From positions 224,001 through 288,000 of the forward strand of contig CAVYJM010000006.1 in assembly GCA_963768855.1 (NCBI GenBank): a stretch of DNA of 64,000 nucleotides, read 5' to 3'. Every line of letters begins with the position of its first letter. Positions within the stretch are counted from its first letter, which is position 1. This stretch comes from an uncultured Thermoplasmata archaeon (GTDB lineage: Archaea; Thermoplasmatota; Thermoplasmata; RBG-16-68-12). A program made the translations under genes and the position numbers. This document shows, one piece after another, positions 38,888 to 48,501 of the stretch. Under the pieces are notes generated by a model. It was not told where the DNA came from. It saw only the letters and a list, made by a program, of their open reading frames with translations, and searched no databases.

Positions 38888-40558
38888 ATGAGCCATTCGG
38901 TCCGAAGAGCGGCGATTGCGATCGTGGCCCTCCTCCTCATCATTTCGGCCGTGGCGGCAACCATGAGCCCGAAGGCCCGCTTGGTGGCGTTGGCGGGGGA
39001 CGTGCGCGTCTCCGCGGTCCCCATCCTGATCTTCAACGTGACCCCCTGGGACGGGCAGACTCTCGGCTCGGCCACTCCCACAATCGTCGTCCTGTTCAGC
39101 GACACGAACTTCAACGCTACCGTGGTCGGTGTCAACTTCCTGGTGGACGGGATGAACCTGACGAGCGCGGGGATCTTCAACCAGACCAGCTTCGTTCTTC
39201 CCCTCGCCCTCGAACTCCGGGACGGCCCCCATTTCGCCTCGTTCGTTGCGTTCGACAACGTCGGAGGCCTCGGATCCGTGAGCTGGTCCTTCACCGTCGA
39301 CACGATTCCGCCGATCCTCCTCGTGACCGCGCCGGTCTATCCGATCGTCCCGCTGACCGGGATCCTGGTGGAAGGGTCGGCCTTCTTGGCGAACGCCACC
39401 CTGTTCGCGGGTGCGGCCCCGATCAATGTGACCGCGACAGTCCTGCCCGCCGGCGCCACCTCCTGGACCTATGCTGCGGCGGATGGCTCGTTCGCGATTC
39501 CCCTGCCCCTGACCGAAGGAGTCAACACGATCTTCGTGAACGCGACGGACCGCGTCGGCAACTTCGCCTCGGAGATCCGGAACATCGTCCGGGACACGAC
39601 GAAGCCCTTGTTGGCCGTCCTCACGCCGGCCCTGCCGGTCTCGGCGACGAGCACGGTCTGGGTCTCCGGGCGCACGGAACCGGGCGCCTTCCTGGTCGTC
39701 GATGGCTTCAGCGTGGCCGTCTCGCCGGTCGACGGAACCTGGGGCGTGAATCTGACGCTCCCCGATGGGATCAACATCATTACGGTCGCGGCGGCGGACC
39801 AGGTCGGGAATCTCAACTACACCGGTCTCGGCATCCTCGTCGACTCGGACGCGCCGCGCGTCACCCTGAGTTCGCCCACCCAGACCCTGACAAGCAGCGA
39901 CCGGGTCCGCGTGCAAGGTAACGCGACGGACACGCGTCTCGCGGCCCTGTTCGTGAACGGCGTATCCGTAACGTGGAACGCCACGGGCGCGTTCCAAGTC
40001 ACGTTGACGTTGCCGGAGGAGGAGAACCTGATCGTGGTCGTGGCGGTGGACGCCGCGCTGCATCGCACGATCGTCTGGACCCAGATCACGGTCGACACGA
40101 TCCCGCCCGTCGTGCAGGTCGCCACCCCGCCGGATGGACTCGAGACGAACCAGTCCACGGTCCTGGTCCGGGGCACGGTCGACGACGGGAATGCCACGGT
40201 CCTCGTGAATAGCCAGATCCTCCGCCCCGACGGGACGGGTCACTGGCAGACGTCGGTGGCCCTCGTCGCGGGAGCGAACACGGTCCTCGTGTCCGCGGTC
40301 GACGCAGCCGGAAACCAAGCCGCGACCCTCCGTCTCCGCATCGAGTACTCCTCCCCGTTCCCCGAGCTCGACAACCGCGCGAGCGCGAACGCGGCGAACC
40401 TCGACCAGCTCGGCGCGATCGTGCGCTTCTCCCTCGTCGGGATCGTCCTCCTGGCCCTCGCGGTCGAGTTCATCCTCTATTCCCGCTCCTCCCGGAAGAT
40501 CCGGGAGACGAGGAGCTTGCTCGCGGCGCTCCTCCGGGAGAAGAAGCCGAAGCCGTAG
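38888..40558 (+). CDS. Membrane-anchored Ig-repeat surface protein, paralog of the C-terminal half of the upstream protease
   Basis: Signal AAIAIVALLLIISAVAA; DTIPP/DTTKP Ig repeats with EGxNxI motifs; YSSPFPELDN stalk then TM; ATG 38888. Confidence 0.85.
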   Translation: MSHSVRRAAIAIVALLLIISAVAATMSPKARLVALAGDVRVSAVPILIFNVTPWDGQTLGSATPTIVVLFSDTNFNATVVGVNFLVDGMNLTSAGIFNQTSFVLPLALELRDGPHFASFVAFDNVGGLGSVSWSFTVDTIPPILLVTAPVYPIVPLTGILVEGSAFLANATLFAGAAPINVTATVLPAGATSWTYAAADGSFAIPLPLTEGVNTIFVNATDRVGNFASEIRNIVRDTTKPLLAVLTPALPVSATSTVWVSGRTEPGAFLVVDGFSVAVSPVDGTWGVNLTLPDGINIITVAAADQVGNLNYTGLGILVDSDAPRVTLSSPTQTLTSSDRVRVQGNATDTRLAALFVNGVSVTWNATGAFQVTLTLPEEENLIVVVAVDAALHRTIVWTQITVDTIPPVVQVATPPDGLETNQSTVLVRGTVDDGNATVLVNSQILRPDGTGHWQTSVALVAGANTVLVSAVDAAGNQAATLRLRIEYSSPFPELDNRASANAANLDQLGAIVRFSLVGIVLLALAVEFILYSRSSRKIRETRSLLAALLREKKPKP

Positions 40559-40565
40559 GCCGACG

Positions 40566-41525
40566 TCAGAACAGGGGCTCGTCGACGAGGCGCGCGGGGC
40601 CGCCGACCGTGCACGGGATTGTCCGGATGCCGAGTTCCTCGATGAGGGCTTGGACCTCGGGGCCGCGCCCCTGCAGGGTGTTCACGTAGACCGTCGCCCC
40701 CGTGTCGATCGAGAAGAACGCGGGGAGGCCCGCCTCGCGCATCTTGCGCACCGCCAGGATGACCCGCAGGGTCTCTGGCTGCCACAGGACCATCTCCGCG
40801 GCTCCGGTCATCGTGATGCCGTGCAGCATGAGCGTGTCCCGCTCCGCGAGCGCACAGATCGCGCCGACGTCCCGCTTCCGGATCGCCAGCTCCATCTCCG
40901 CGATGAGCCGCGGCATCTCCGCGAGCCGCGCGTGGAAGAACGGCGACGTGGGGGCCTCGCGGTGGGCGTCCTCCGTCTGCTTGAACGCGGGGATCAGGGC
41001 GACGATGATGTCCATCTGGAGGTCCTCGCCCGCGAGCTGGACCGCGAACGAGTCCACGTCGGCCACGCCCATCTTCCATTTGCTGAAGGCGCCCGTGACG
41101 GAGCGCGTGGCGGAACCCGCGCCGCGGCGCGCGATCCGCGACACCTCTCCCAGGTCCGCGTCAAGGGCCGCCGCCCGGCACGCCGCGAGGGCGAGGGCCG
41201 CGAACCCGGAGGCGCTCGCGCCCAGACCGACGTTCGAAGGGAAGTCGTTGATCGACATCATGCGGAACCGCTTCGCCACCCCGGCGCGTCCCCGCACGGG
41301 GTCGACCACCGCGAGGATGCGGTCCATCTCGTGCCCGGAAACCGCCCGGCCGTCGATCGTGGCCTCGTCGCGCGGGAAGTCGCCGAACTCGAGGGTCGTG
41401 CGCGTCGTGAGCGGTGCGGTGCACACGCTGATCGAGTCGTGGAAGGGGAGGCGCAGGACGGGATCCGCGAGGCCGTGGTACTTGATCAGGCCCTGGATCG
41501 GATGGGCGACCGCCGTGGCCTTCAT
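40566..41525 (-). CDS. mvaD: Phosphomevalonate decarboxylase (GHMP family, haloarchaeal type)
   Basis: MKATAVAHPIQGLIKYHG...LPFHDSISV, NDFPSNVGLGASASGF, RRGAGSATRS, SIDTGATVYVNT. Confidence 0.88.
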   Translation of the reverse strand: MKATAVAHPIQGLIKYHGLADPVLRLPFHDSISVCTAPLTTRTTLEFGDFPRDEATIDGRAVSGHEMDRILAVVDPVRGRAGVAKRFRMMSINDFPSNVGLGASASGFAALALAACRAAALDADLGEVSRIARRGAGSATRSVTGAFSKWKMGVADVDSFAVQLAGEDLQMDIIVALIPAFKQTEDAHREAPTSPFFHARLAEMPRLIAEMELAIRKRDVGAICALAERDTLMLHGITMTGAAEMVLWQPETLRVILAVRKMREAGLPAFFSIDTGATVYVNTLQGRGPEVQALIEELGIRTIPCTVGGPARLVDEPLF

Positions 41526-42283
41526 GGCCTCCACCGCTCCAGGATCCCGAGGAGTTCACGGTGTTCATGGATCGCCGCATCCGGGGGGACGGCCTCGAGG
41601 GCCGATGGATCGTGGACCGCGTGTTCCGACTCGTGGCCGACGTCGAACCAGACCGCCCGCATGCCGATCCCCTTGGAACCCCCCACGTCCGCGACGAGGT
41701 CGTCTCCGACGTGGACGACCTCGTCCGGCCGGAGGCCCAGGTGGGAGAGGGCTTGCTCGAAGATGGCGGGCTCGGGCTTGCGGATGCCGACCTCGTCCGA
41801 GAAGACCCGATCGTCGAAGAACTTCCCGATGCCCAGGTCGTCCTGGATCGGCCTCAGGAAGCGACCCCAGGTGCGGCCCGTGTTCGAGATGAGGCCGATG
41901 CGGTAGCCACTGCGCTGGAGGGCGGCCAGCGTCGCGCCGATGTGGGGGTACAGGATCGGAAGCTTCGAGCGGATTGCATCCCCGAAGGATGCCGCGAGCG
42001 CGTCGAGCAGGTCCGCGTCCGTCGCGTCGAGGTCCGCGAACTCGAGGAACGCCCGGAGCTGTTCCTCCCCGCTCAGGTCGACGTGCTCCTTCCACTTCTC
42101 GATCAGGAGCTCCGTGTGCCGGTCGTACGCCGCGTAGAGGGTCTCGGGCTCCACGACGAGGCCGCGGTCGGAGAAGGCCTCCCGGATCCGCTCGACGCGG
42201 ATCTTGCGCATGCGGGCGTCGTAGTCAGGCCACGGCGTCTCGGCGATCGTGTGCCACCAGTCGAACGTCACGCCCTTGATCAT
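41522..42283 (-). CDS. HAD-superfamily hydrolase
   Basis: VTFDWWHT, LISNT, RKPEPAIF, HVGDDLVADV. Confidence 0.9.
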   Translation of the reverse strand: MIKGVTFDWWHTIAETPWPDYDARMRKIRVERIREAFSDRGLVVEPETLYAAYDRHTELLIEKWKEHVDLSGEEQLRAFLEFADLDATDADLLDALAASFGDAIRSKLPILYPHIGATLAALQRSGYRIGLISNTGRTWGRFLRPIQDDLGIGKFFDDRVFSDEVGIRKPEPAIFEQALSHLGLRPDEVVHVGDDLVADVGGSKGIGMRAVWFDVGHESEHAVHDPSALEAVPPDAAIHEHRELLGILERWRP

Positions 42284-42290
42284 GGAACCC

Positions 42291-42695
42291 CTATACGTCG
42301 AAGATGACCTCGGCCACGCCCTTCTCCAAATCCACGGACAGACGGTGGTAGGTGACCGCCTTCACGGCGAGCTTGAGCTCGTGCCGTTGCTTGTCGATCG
42401 CCTCGCCGCGCGCCTTCGCCTCCAAGGTCGTGCCCCGCACGCGGACCTCGAACGCGGAGAACAGGAGGTTCTGCGTCTCGTGGAGGAACAAGAGCTCGGA
42501 GAGCCACGCGACGAGGAGATTCGGGAGGTCCTCGGCCGTCAGGCGAATCTCCTCCTCGCCGACGGGCTTCACGCCGCGCAGATCCGTGATGAGGGAGAAC
42601 ATCCCTGTGGCCGCGCTTTCGAAGATCTCGGACGCCGTCGCGCCGTAGGCCCGGAGGCCCACGTCCGCCGTGTGGTCGATCTCCTCGAAGCGCAC
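42291..42695 (-). CDS. Archease
   Basis: IDHTADVG, VKAVTYH, VIFDV C-terminus. Confidence 0.95.
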   Translation of the reverse strand: MRFEEIDHTADVGLRAYGATASEIFESAATGMFSLITDLRGVKPVGEEEIRLTAEDLPNLLVAWLSELLFLHETQNLLFSAFEVRVRGTTLEAKARGEAIDKQRHELKLAVKAVTYHRLSVDLEKGVAEVIFDV

Positions 42696-42745
42696 GGGCT
42701 AGCCAAAGGGCCCCGCGATATGAACTATTCCTCCGGCGGCGGGTC

Positions 42746-43498
42746 TCAAATCCCGCGTTCCTTCCCGGGCCAGAGCACCTTGTGGAGCTGGAGTTGGAGT
42801 CGCACCGGGAGACGGTCCTTCAGGATCCAGTCCGCCAGCTGGCACGAGTCGAGTCCCTTGGCGACGTGGTGCGCAGGATTCGCGGGAGAGAAGAGGATCG
42901 TGCCCGCTTTCGTGGGATGCTCCCGGATCACGCCCTTCGCGAAGTCGTAGTCTGCCCGGTCCAGGAGGACGAACTTGACCTCGTCGTGCTCGCGGAGCCG
43001 CGGCAGGTTCTCGAAGGCCTTCGTCGCGACCATCCCCGAGCCCGGACACTTCACGTCCATGATGTACCGCACGCGGCCCGTGTCGCGCGCCCTCGCGGTG
43101 AGGCGGTCGAACGATCTCAGGTCGATCTCCCCGTCCGTCTCGATTGAATGGATGAACGTGTCCGGGAGTTGTTCGACCGCGTGCGCGATCGGCTCACCCT
43201 GGAGCAGCGGCTCCCCGCCCGTCCAGCAGATGTTCCGGACGCCCTCGAGGGGTCCGTCGGACGGGCCCGCGATGTCCGCGATCCGGCGCACGACGTCGTC
43301 CACGGCCGCGCGGGTGAACTCGCCGCCCTCGACCGCGTGCATCGAGTCGCACCACATGCACCGGAGGTTGCAGGAGTACAGGCGCACGAAGACGGTCGGC
43401 AGGCCGACCATCGAGCTCTCGCCCTGCACGGTCAGGTACAGCTCGCTCAGGAGGAATTCCTTCTCCCGGGCCGTGGTGAGGAGCGCCGTGTCCTCCAT
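42746..43498 (-). CDS. queE: 7-carboxy-7-deazaguanine synthase (radical SAM)
   Basis: TVQGE, FVRLYSCNLRCMWCDS (CxxxCxxC), TGGEPLLQ, MDVKCPGSG, LQLQLHKVLW; ATG 43498. Confidence 0.92.
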   Translation of the reverse strand: MEDTALLTTAREKEFLLSELYLTVQGESSMVGLPTVFVRLYSCNLRCMWCDSMHAVEGGEFTRAAVDDVVRRIADIAGPSDGPLEGVRNICWTGGEPLLQGEPIAHAVEQLPDTFIHSIETDGEIDLRSFDRLTARARDTGRVRYIMDVKCPGSGMVATKAFENLPRLREHDEVKFVLLDRADYDFAKGVIREHPTKAGTILFSPANPAHHVAKGLDSCQLADWILKDRLPVRLQLQLHKVLWPGKERGI

Positions 43499-43524
43499 CT
43501 TCGAACCGATGGAGGGCCGCCGTA

Positions 43525-44247
43525 TTAAGCGTTTGTCGGCGGCCCGGTCTGTGCCTTCCTCCGCGGTCTCACGTACTCGAGAGGATCCTTGACGCCCGCC
43601 TCGCGGAACCCCTTGAGCCGCAGCTGGCACGAGTCGCAGACGCCGCACGCCTTCTCGCCGCCCTGGTAGCAGGACCAGGTGAGGGCCCACGGGACGCGCA
43701 GCTCCTCCCCCTTGCGGACGATGTCCGCCTTCGACATCGAGATGAGCGGCGTGCGGATCTCGATCACGTCGCCTTCGACGCCCCGCTTCGTCCCGAGGCG
43801 GGCGACCTCCTGGAACGCCTGGTAGAACTCGGGGCGGCAATCCGGGTAGCCGGAATAGTCCAGCGCGTTGGCCGCGATGTAGATCGCCTTCGCGCCCGTC
43901 GCCTCCGCGAGTCCGAGCGCGTAGCTCAGGAGGATCGTGTTCCTCGCGGGCACGTAGGTCACCGGGATGCCCTGCCCGATCTCCTCGAGGCGCCTCTGTT
44001 CGGGCACGCGGAGGTTCCGGTCCGTGAGGGCCGAGCCGCCGATGGCCGTGAGGTCCAGGGTGACGATCCGGTGGTCCTTGACGCCGAAGTGTGCGGCGAT
44101 CCGCCGTGCGGCCTCCAGCTCCTTCCGATGCCGCTGCCCGTAGTCGACGCTGAGCGCGGTGACCTCGAACCCTTCCTGGAGGGCGATCGCCAGGGCCGTG
44201 GCCGAGTCCATGCCGCCGCTGAGGAGGACGATCGCCCGGAGGGCCAT
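43525..44247 (-). CDS. queC: 7-cyano-7-deazaguanine synthase
   Basis: [37 protein letters not shown]. Confidence 0.96.
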   Translation of the reverse strand: MALRAIVLLSGGMDSATALAIALQEGFEVTALSVDYGQRHRKELEAARRIAAHFGVKDHRIVTLDLTAIGGSALTDRNLRVPEQRRLEEIGQGIPVTYVPARNTILLSYALGLAEATGAKAIYIAANALDYSGYPDCRPEFYQAFQEVARLGTKRGVEGDVIEIRTPLISMSKADIVRKGEELRVPWALTWSCYQGGEKACGVCDSCQLRLKGFREAGVKDPLEYVRPRRKAQTGPPTNA

Positions 44248-44292
44248 GGGCCGAGGATACGCGAAGCAGGTAAAGGGGGTTTCGGGAGACGG

Positions 44293-45363
44293 TCAGCGGG
44301 TCTTGCGGAGCCGCGGGCCGAGGCGACGGAGGTAGCCGTTCAGCATCCGCCGGGTCGCGTCGTCCCAGCGGTCGGCCCCGTGCGCGTCCCGGGCCGCGGT
44401 CTCGATCAGGTCCACCGCCGTTGCCAGGTCCCGGACCGAGACGATCTCCGGCTGAAGGTGGTTCCGCGGTCCCTGGTTGTGGTAGTTGCCGAGCGGGATG
44501 GCCACCCCCGTGGCCCGCCACCCGAAGAGGCCCCAGGGCGTCGCCTCGCACGTGCCTCCGGACATGAGCCACCGCTGGACCGGCTTGGACTTGGGGAGCT
44601 TCGAACGCGCCGCGAGCAGCAGGCTCTCCGCGAACGGATCGAATGTCTTCCGTCGATCGCCGACGCGGATGACCGGGCCCCCGCCGATCTCGACGCCCGG
44701 GATCGCCTTACTGGCCTCCACGTTGATGATGACCGCCGACTTCGGGATGACCTCGTCCTCGATGGCGGTCAGGGTCCCGACGAACCCCTCCTCCTCGGCC
44801 CGCGTGAGGAGGGCGTGGAGATTCAGCCGCCGGTTCCGGCACGCCCGCTCCATGGCCGCGATGGACACGGAGCTGCCCGCGAGGTCGTCGAGCTGCCTCG
44901 CGTGGACGAGACCTCCTCGGATCGCGAAGTCCTCGAGCTCGAAGACACCCATGTCCCCTCGCTGCAGGCGGTCGACCTCGGGGGACGCCGCGAGACGGAA
45001 GCGGTAGGTCCGACCGGAGTAGCTCTGCACCCTTGCCGGGACCGGCTCCCCCTCATGATAGAAGCGCAGACGGGTCCCCCGCCGGAAGTAGGCAGGAGCG
45101 AGCCCGCCGAGGAGGACCGCCTCCCGCTTCCCGCTCATCTCGACCCCGGGGTGATCCATGTGGGCGACGAGCCAGACCGGCCGGCCCGCCCGTCGCTGCG
45201 GCGGTGAGAGGACGAGGTTCCCCGACGCATCCCGGCGGACGCGCGCACCGAACCCCCTCGCGATCGCAACCGCCTCGGCAGCTACCTCCTCTTCATGGAA
45301 GGAGGTCGTGGGCTTGCGGGCGAGACGCTCGAGGATCCGTACGACGGGAGGGCGGACGGCCAT
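44293..45363 (-). CDS. M20/M28/M42-clan metallopeptidase
   Basis: VAHMDHPG, ARQLDDLAG, RAEEEG, GGTCEA, NYHN metal-ligand motifs. Confidence 0.85.
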   Translation of the reverse strand: MAVRPPVVRILERLARKPTTSFHEEEVAAEAVAIARGFGARVRRDASGNLVLSPPQRRAGRPVWLVAHMDHPGVEMSGKREAVLLGGLAPAYFRRGTRLRFYHEGEPVPARVQSYSGRTYRFRLAASPEVDRLQRGDMGVFELEDFAIRGGLVHARQLDDLAGSSVSIAAMERACRNRRLNLHALLTRAEEEGFVGTLTAIEDEVIPKSAVIINVEASKAIPGVEIGGGPVIRVGDRRKTFDPFAESLLLAARSKLPKSKPVQRWLMSGGTCEATPWGLFGWRATGVAIPLGNYHNQGPRNHLQPEIVSVRDLATAVDLIETAARDAHGADRWDDATRRMLNGYLRRLGPRLRKTR

Positions 45364-45450
45364 GCGATCGGGATGGCGGGTGCCGCTAAACGGTTTGCTG
45401 TCCTCCGGAGGACGCGTATGGTCAAATAACTATAACACGATCCGCGTCGC

Positions 45451-45690
45451 ATGCAGATCGGATGCGGCGCGTACGAGCACGCCGTCCACGGTCGCCGCTA
45501 CCTGTACGTCTGGCATTACGAGACCACGGGTGGCCGGCGACGGCAGGTCAAGGAGTATCTGGGACCCGCTGAGAACGAGGATGTGCGGGCCGAGGCGGTC
45601 CGCCGCGTGGATGCGTACTTCCGGAGGGCAGCCCGCGAGTTGCAGACCCTGCGCAAGGGCGCGCTCGCCGCGATCGCCCGAGGACGCTAG
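45451..45690 (+). CDS. Small basic protein (79 aa) resembling the N-terminal DNA-binding domain of archaeal integrase-like proteins
   Basis: GRRYLYVWHYE..GGRRRQVKEYLG three-strand motif followed by a helix; AT-rich promoter (AAATAACTATAA) just upstream. Confidence 0.6.
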   Translation: MQIGCGAYEHAVHGRRYLYVWHYETTGGRRRQVKEYLGPAENEDVRAEAVRRVDAYFRRAARELQTLRKGALAAIARGR

Positions 45691-45721
45691 GCCGCGGGTC
45701 TGCGATTTGGCGCGCCGCGGA

Positions 45722-45745
45722 AGTCAACCTTAAACAAGGTTGACT
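45722..45745. repeat. Perfect 10-bp inverted repeat AGTCAACCTT-AAAC-AAGGTTGACT
   Basis: Read directly, between two convergent genes. Confidence 0.8.
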
Positions 45746-45780
45746 CACCACATTGGAGCAAGGTGCGCGCGACGGCGTCC

Positions 45781-46761
45781 TCAGTGCGCGCGGATCTCGT
45801 CGAACGCGTAGTCCTCCCACTTGCGCTCCCCCAGGACGGTCTCGAACTCCTGAGGTGTCAGGAGGGGCTTCTTGTATTGCAGCACATCCTCGATCGCGAT
45901 GCGCGGGCAGGCGGTGTTCACCCACGCATCCACCCGGTATCCCTCGAGGAAATCCGGCGAGACCAGGTCCATGACGAAGATGTTCGCCAGCCTGCCATGC
46001 TTCTCGGCGAGGGCCTTCAGGTCCCGCGCCATCTCCATGCGAGTCTGGCCGATCTTCTTCGAGACGATGATGCCGAACGTCTTCGCGTCCTGCGCCCGCG
46101 CGATCGCCGCATAACGCTGACGGAGGATGCGGTCCTTGAGGTCCGCGAGGCTCCGGGCGCTCCCCCGCTCGGGGTCCGCGATGACGATCGGCTTGTCCGT
46201 CAGGAACGCCACGCCGAGCGGATGGAACTCGCCCGTGCCGATGTAGAGGTAGCCGTCCACGTCCTGCATGACGACCTCGGCCGTGTGGTAGTCGCACCCG
46301 AGGAGCTGCCCCGCGTACGCGACCCGCTTGTCCGGCTCGCCGATGCGGACCTCGTGCCCCGCCTTCTCCAGGTGTTCCTTGATCGCGGGAAGCCAGGCGC
46401 GGAACTGGGTCGTCGTCAGGAGGCCGATGCGCTTCGGGAGCATGGGCTCCGCCGCGTCCACGAACGTGAAGCCCGACAGCGCCGGACCCGGGAGGTCGTA
46501 GAAGAACACCCGGTTGTACCGCAGGTGCGGCATCGGCGCGTGGCCGAGGTGGACGATGAGGTCCACGGGCATCTCCGCGATATCGCAGGCGCCGAACGAG
46601 GGGTCCGCGGACACGAGGCACGTGACGCCCGCCTTGGACTCGATCTCCTGAGCGAGTTCGACGGCCTTCGTCCGCAGGCCTACGGGGAACTGGAGGCCGA
46701 CCGTCTTCGCGTTGCGGCCCCGGATGACCTCGAGGAGGCGTTCCGTCTCGCTCATAGGCAT
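45781..46761 (-). CDS. dph2: Diphthamide biosynthesis radical-SAM enzyme Dph2
   Basis: GLQFPVGL, DPSFGACD, HLGHA, GQLLGCDY, GTGEFH, NTACPRIAIED. Confidence 0.95.
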   Translation of the reverse strand: MPMSETERLLEVIRGRNAKTVGLQFPVGLRTKAVELAQEIESKAGVTCLVSADPSFGACDIAEMPVDLIVHLGHAPMPHLRYNRVFFYDLPGPALSGFTFVDAAEPMLPKRIGLLTTTQFRAWLPAIKEHLEKAGHEVRIGEPDKRVAYAGQLLGCDYHTAEVVMQDVDGYLYIGTGEFHPLGVAFLTDKPIVIADPERGSARSLADLKDRILRQRYAAIARAQDAKTFGIIVSKKIGQTRMEMARDLKALAEKHGRLANIFVMDLVSPDFLEGYRVDAWVNTACPRIAIEDVLQYKKPLLTPQEFETVLGERKWEDYAFDEIRAH

Positions 46762-46808
46762 GGAGCAAGGCTCGACGTGAGAGAAAAACCTGTGCGTGCG
46801 CGGGCCGG

Positions 46809-47321
46809 CTACTTCTTCGGCTTGTCGCGCTCGACGACGATTCGCCAGGGCGTCGGCAGCTTCACGCCGCCCTTGCGGAGCGCGATCTTCGCGTCCGCCA
46901 CGTGCTCCTCCGTCGTCTCCAGGGTGAAGATCTTCGTGCCCGGGTGAACCCGCGCCGCCGTCCCGACGGGTTGCCCGAATGCGGCCCGCATGCCTTCCGA
47001 GATACGGTCCGCTCCGGCGCCCGTGGCGATCTTGTTCTCCCGCAGCACGTTGTGCGGGTAGACGCGGAGCTTGAGGTGGTAGGAGTTTCCCGCCTTCTTC
47101 GCGATGTAGCGGTTCAGGGAGACACGCGCGGCCTCGAGGGCGATGTGCCGGATCTGGCACTGCTCCTCCGCGACGAGGTGGAGCCGGACCGGGAAGTGCG
47201 CGCGGAGGTCGCCGATGTCGAACTGGCTGATCCGGCTGGTGGGCACGCCACCGATGTACTTCCGCTGGCTGTACGCCTGGCCGCGGATCTCTCGGTACAT
47301 GCTCCCGGGCTTGCGCGTCAT
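46809..47321 (-). CDS. rpl10e: 50S ribosomal protein uL16 (L10e)
   Basis: RKYIGGVP, ALEAAR, LRVYPHNVLRENK, ATGAGADRISEGMRAAFGQPVGTAARV. Confidence 0.97.
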   Translation of the reverse strand: MTRKPGSMYREIRGQAYSQRKYIGGVPTSRISQFDIGDLRAHFPVRLHLVAEEQCQIRHIALEAARVSLNRYIAKKAGNSYHLKLRVYPHNVLRENKIATGAGADRISEGMRAAFGQPVGTAARVHPGTKIFTLETTEEHVADAKIALRKGGVKLPTPWRIVVERDKPKK

Positions 47322-47349
47322 GACAGGAAGCGCACGAAAGATGGGGCCG

Positions 47350-47356
47350 TATATAA
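47350..47356 (-). promoter_or_regulatory. TATA box of rpl10e
   Basis: Minus strand TTATATA about 29 bp upstream of the ATG (leaderless or short leader). Confidence 0.7.
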
Positions 47357-47359
47357 CCC

Positions 47360-47638
47360 TTAGGGAGCCGGTCTCCGAGCTCGACGCAACTTGACCGCGC
47401 CCGCACCGGTTCCTCGGCCCCGGGTCCGCTCTCTCAACCAGAGGAGGCGCGCGTACAGCGTGGTGATGGCGAGGATGAGCGTGACGGCGACGAGGACCGC
47501 GGTCCCGATTCCCAAGCCCGCGGTCGCGAGGGCGAACACGGTGGCGCCTGCGGACACGCACGTGACGGCGAGGGAGAGGCCAAAGTCGGTCTCCCGCGAC
47601 GTGTCAAGCAAGAGGAGCCAGGCCATCGGGAGAGCCAT
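47360..47638 (-). CDS. Small hypothetical membrane protein
   Basis: Two hydrophobic helices followed by a basic tail; fills the intergenic gap; no motif recognised. Confidence 0.5.
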   Translation of the reverse strand: MALPMAWLLLLDTSRETDFGLSLAVTCVSAGATVFALATAGLGIGTAVLVAVTLILAITTLYARLLWLRERTRGRGTGAGAVKLRRARRPAP

Positions 47639-47723
47639 GCTGGTTTCATCGAATTAAGGTTGTCGGGGAAGACCGCGGGAGTGGGAAAACGTTAAGTGAG
47701 CGGGCTCAGGTGGCCGCAGGACC

Positions 47724-48500
47724 ATGCTCCTCGTGAAGCTGGGCGGAAGCGTCCTCACGGACAAGGCCCGCCTCCGCACGCCGCGGAAGGCCGCGATCGC
47801 GCGGCTCACGAAGGAGCTCGCGGGCCTCGGGGACGACGTCGTCGTCGTCCACGGGGCCGGGTCCTTCGGGCACGTCCTCGCCCGCCGATATCGCCTGAAC
47901 GGCCCCGCCTCGCCGGTGAAGGCGAAGGGCGCCGCGGTCGTCCAGCGCGATGTGCGCGCACTCGACGCCCTCGTCGTCGACGGCCTCCTCAAAGCGGGCC
48001 TCGCGCCCGTCGTGTTGCCGCCATCCGCGGTCCTGGGTCTCGACGATGGACGGGTGGCTTCGTTCGACCTCGGTCCTTTCAAGGACTACCTGCGGCACGG
48101 CTTCACGCCCGTCACGTTTGGCGACGTGGTCCGCGACCGGACACGCGGCGTCGCGGTCTGCTCCGGGGATGTCCTCATGCTCGAGCTCGCGAAGGCCTTC
48201 CATCCGCGGTGCGCCGTCTTCGCCGCGGACGTGGACGGCCTCTTCACGGCCGATCCGAAGCGAGTCAAGGGGGCGCGGCTCCTGCTCTCCGTGTCGAAGG
48301 CCGATCTGCCCCTCGTCGAGTTCGCTCCGGCGAAGGGCCCCGACGTCACGGGCGGGATCGAGGCGAAGGTCCACCGGATGCTCGAGATCGCGGCCCACGC
48401 GGACGAGACGATCATCGTGAACGGTAACGTCAAGAACCGGGTCCGGGATGCCCTCCGCGGCCGGATCGTCATCGGCACGCGCGTGGTCGGGGGCCCCTGA
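47724..48500 (+). CDS. ipk: Isopentenyl phosphate kinase
   Basis: KLGGSVLTDK, VHGAGSFGH, FGDVV, CSGD, DVDG, DVTGGI; promoter GAAAACGTTAAG about 30 bp upstream. Confidence 0.95.
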   Translation: MLLVKLGGSVLTDKARLRTPRKAAIARLTKELAGLGDDVVVVHGAGSFGHVLARRYRLNGPASPVKAKGAAVVQRDVRALDALVVDGLLKAGLAPVVLPPSAVLGLDDGRVASFDLGPFKDYLRHGFTPVTFGDVVRDRTRGVAVCSGDVLMLELAKAFHPRCAVFAADVDGLFTADPKRVKGARLLLSVSKADLPLVEFAPAKGPDVTGGIEAKVHRMLEIAAHADETIIVNGNVKNRVRDALRGRIVIGTRVVGGP

Positions 48501-48501
48501 G

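Noticed and set aside
42746-44247. Dpd-type 7-deazaguanine DNA-modification defence island
   Set aside because: No DpdA/TGT-like or other dpd genes nearby; the context is tRNA housekeeping.
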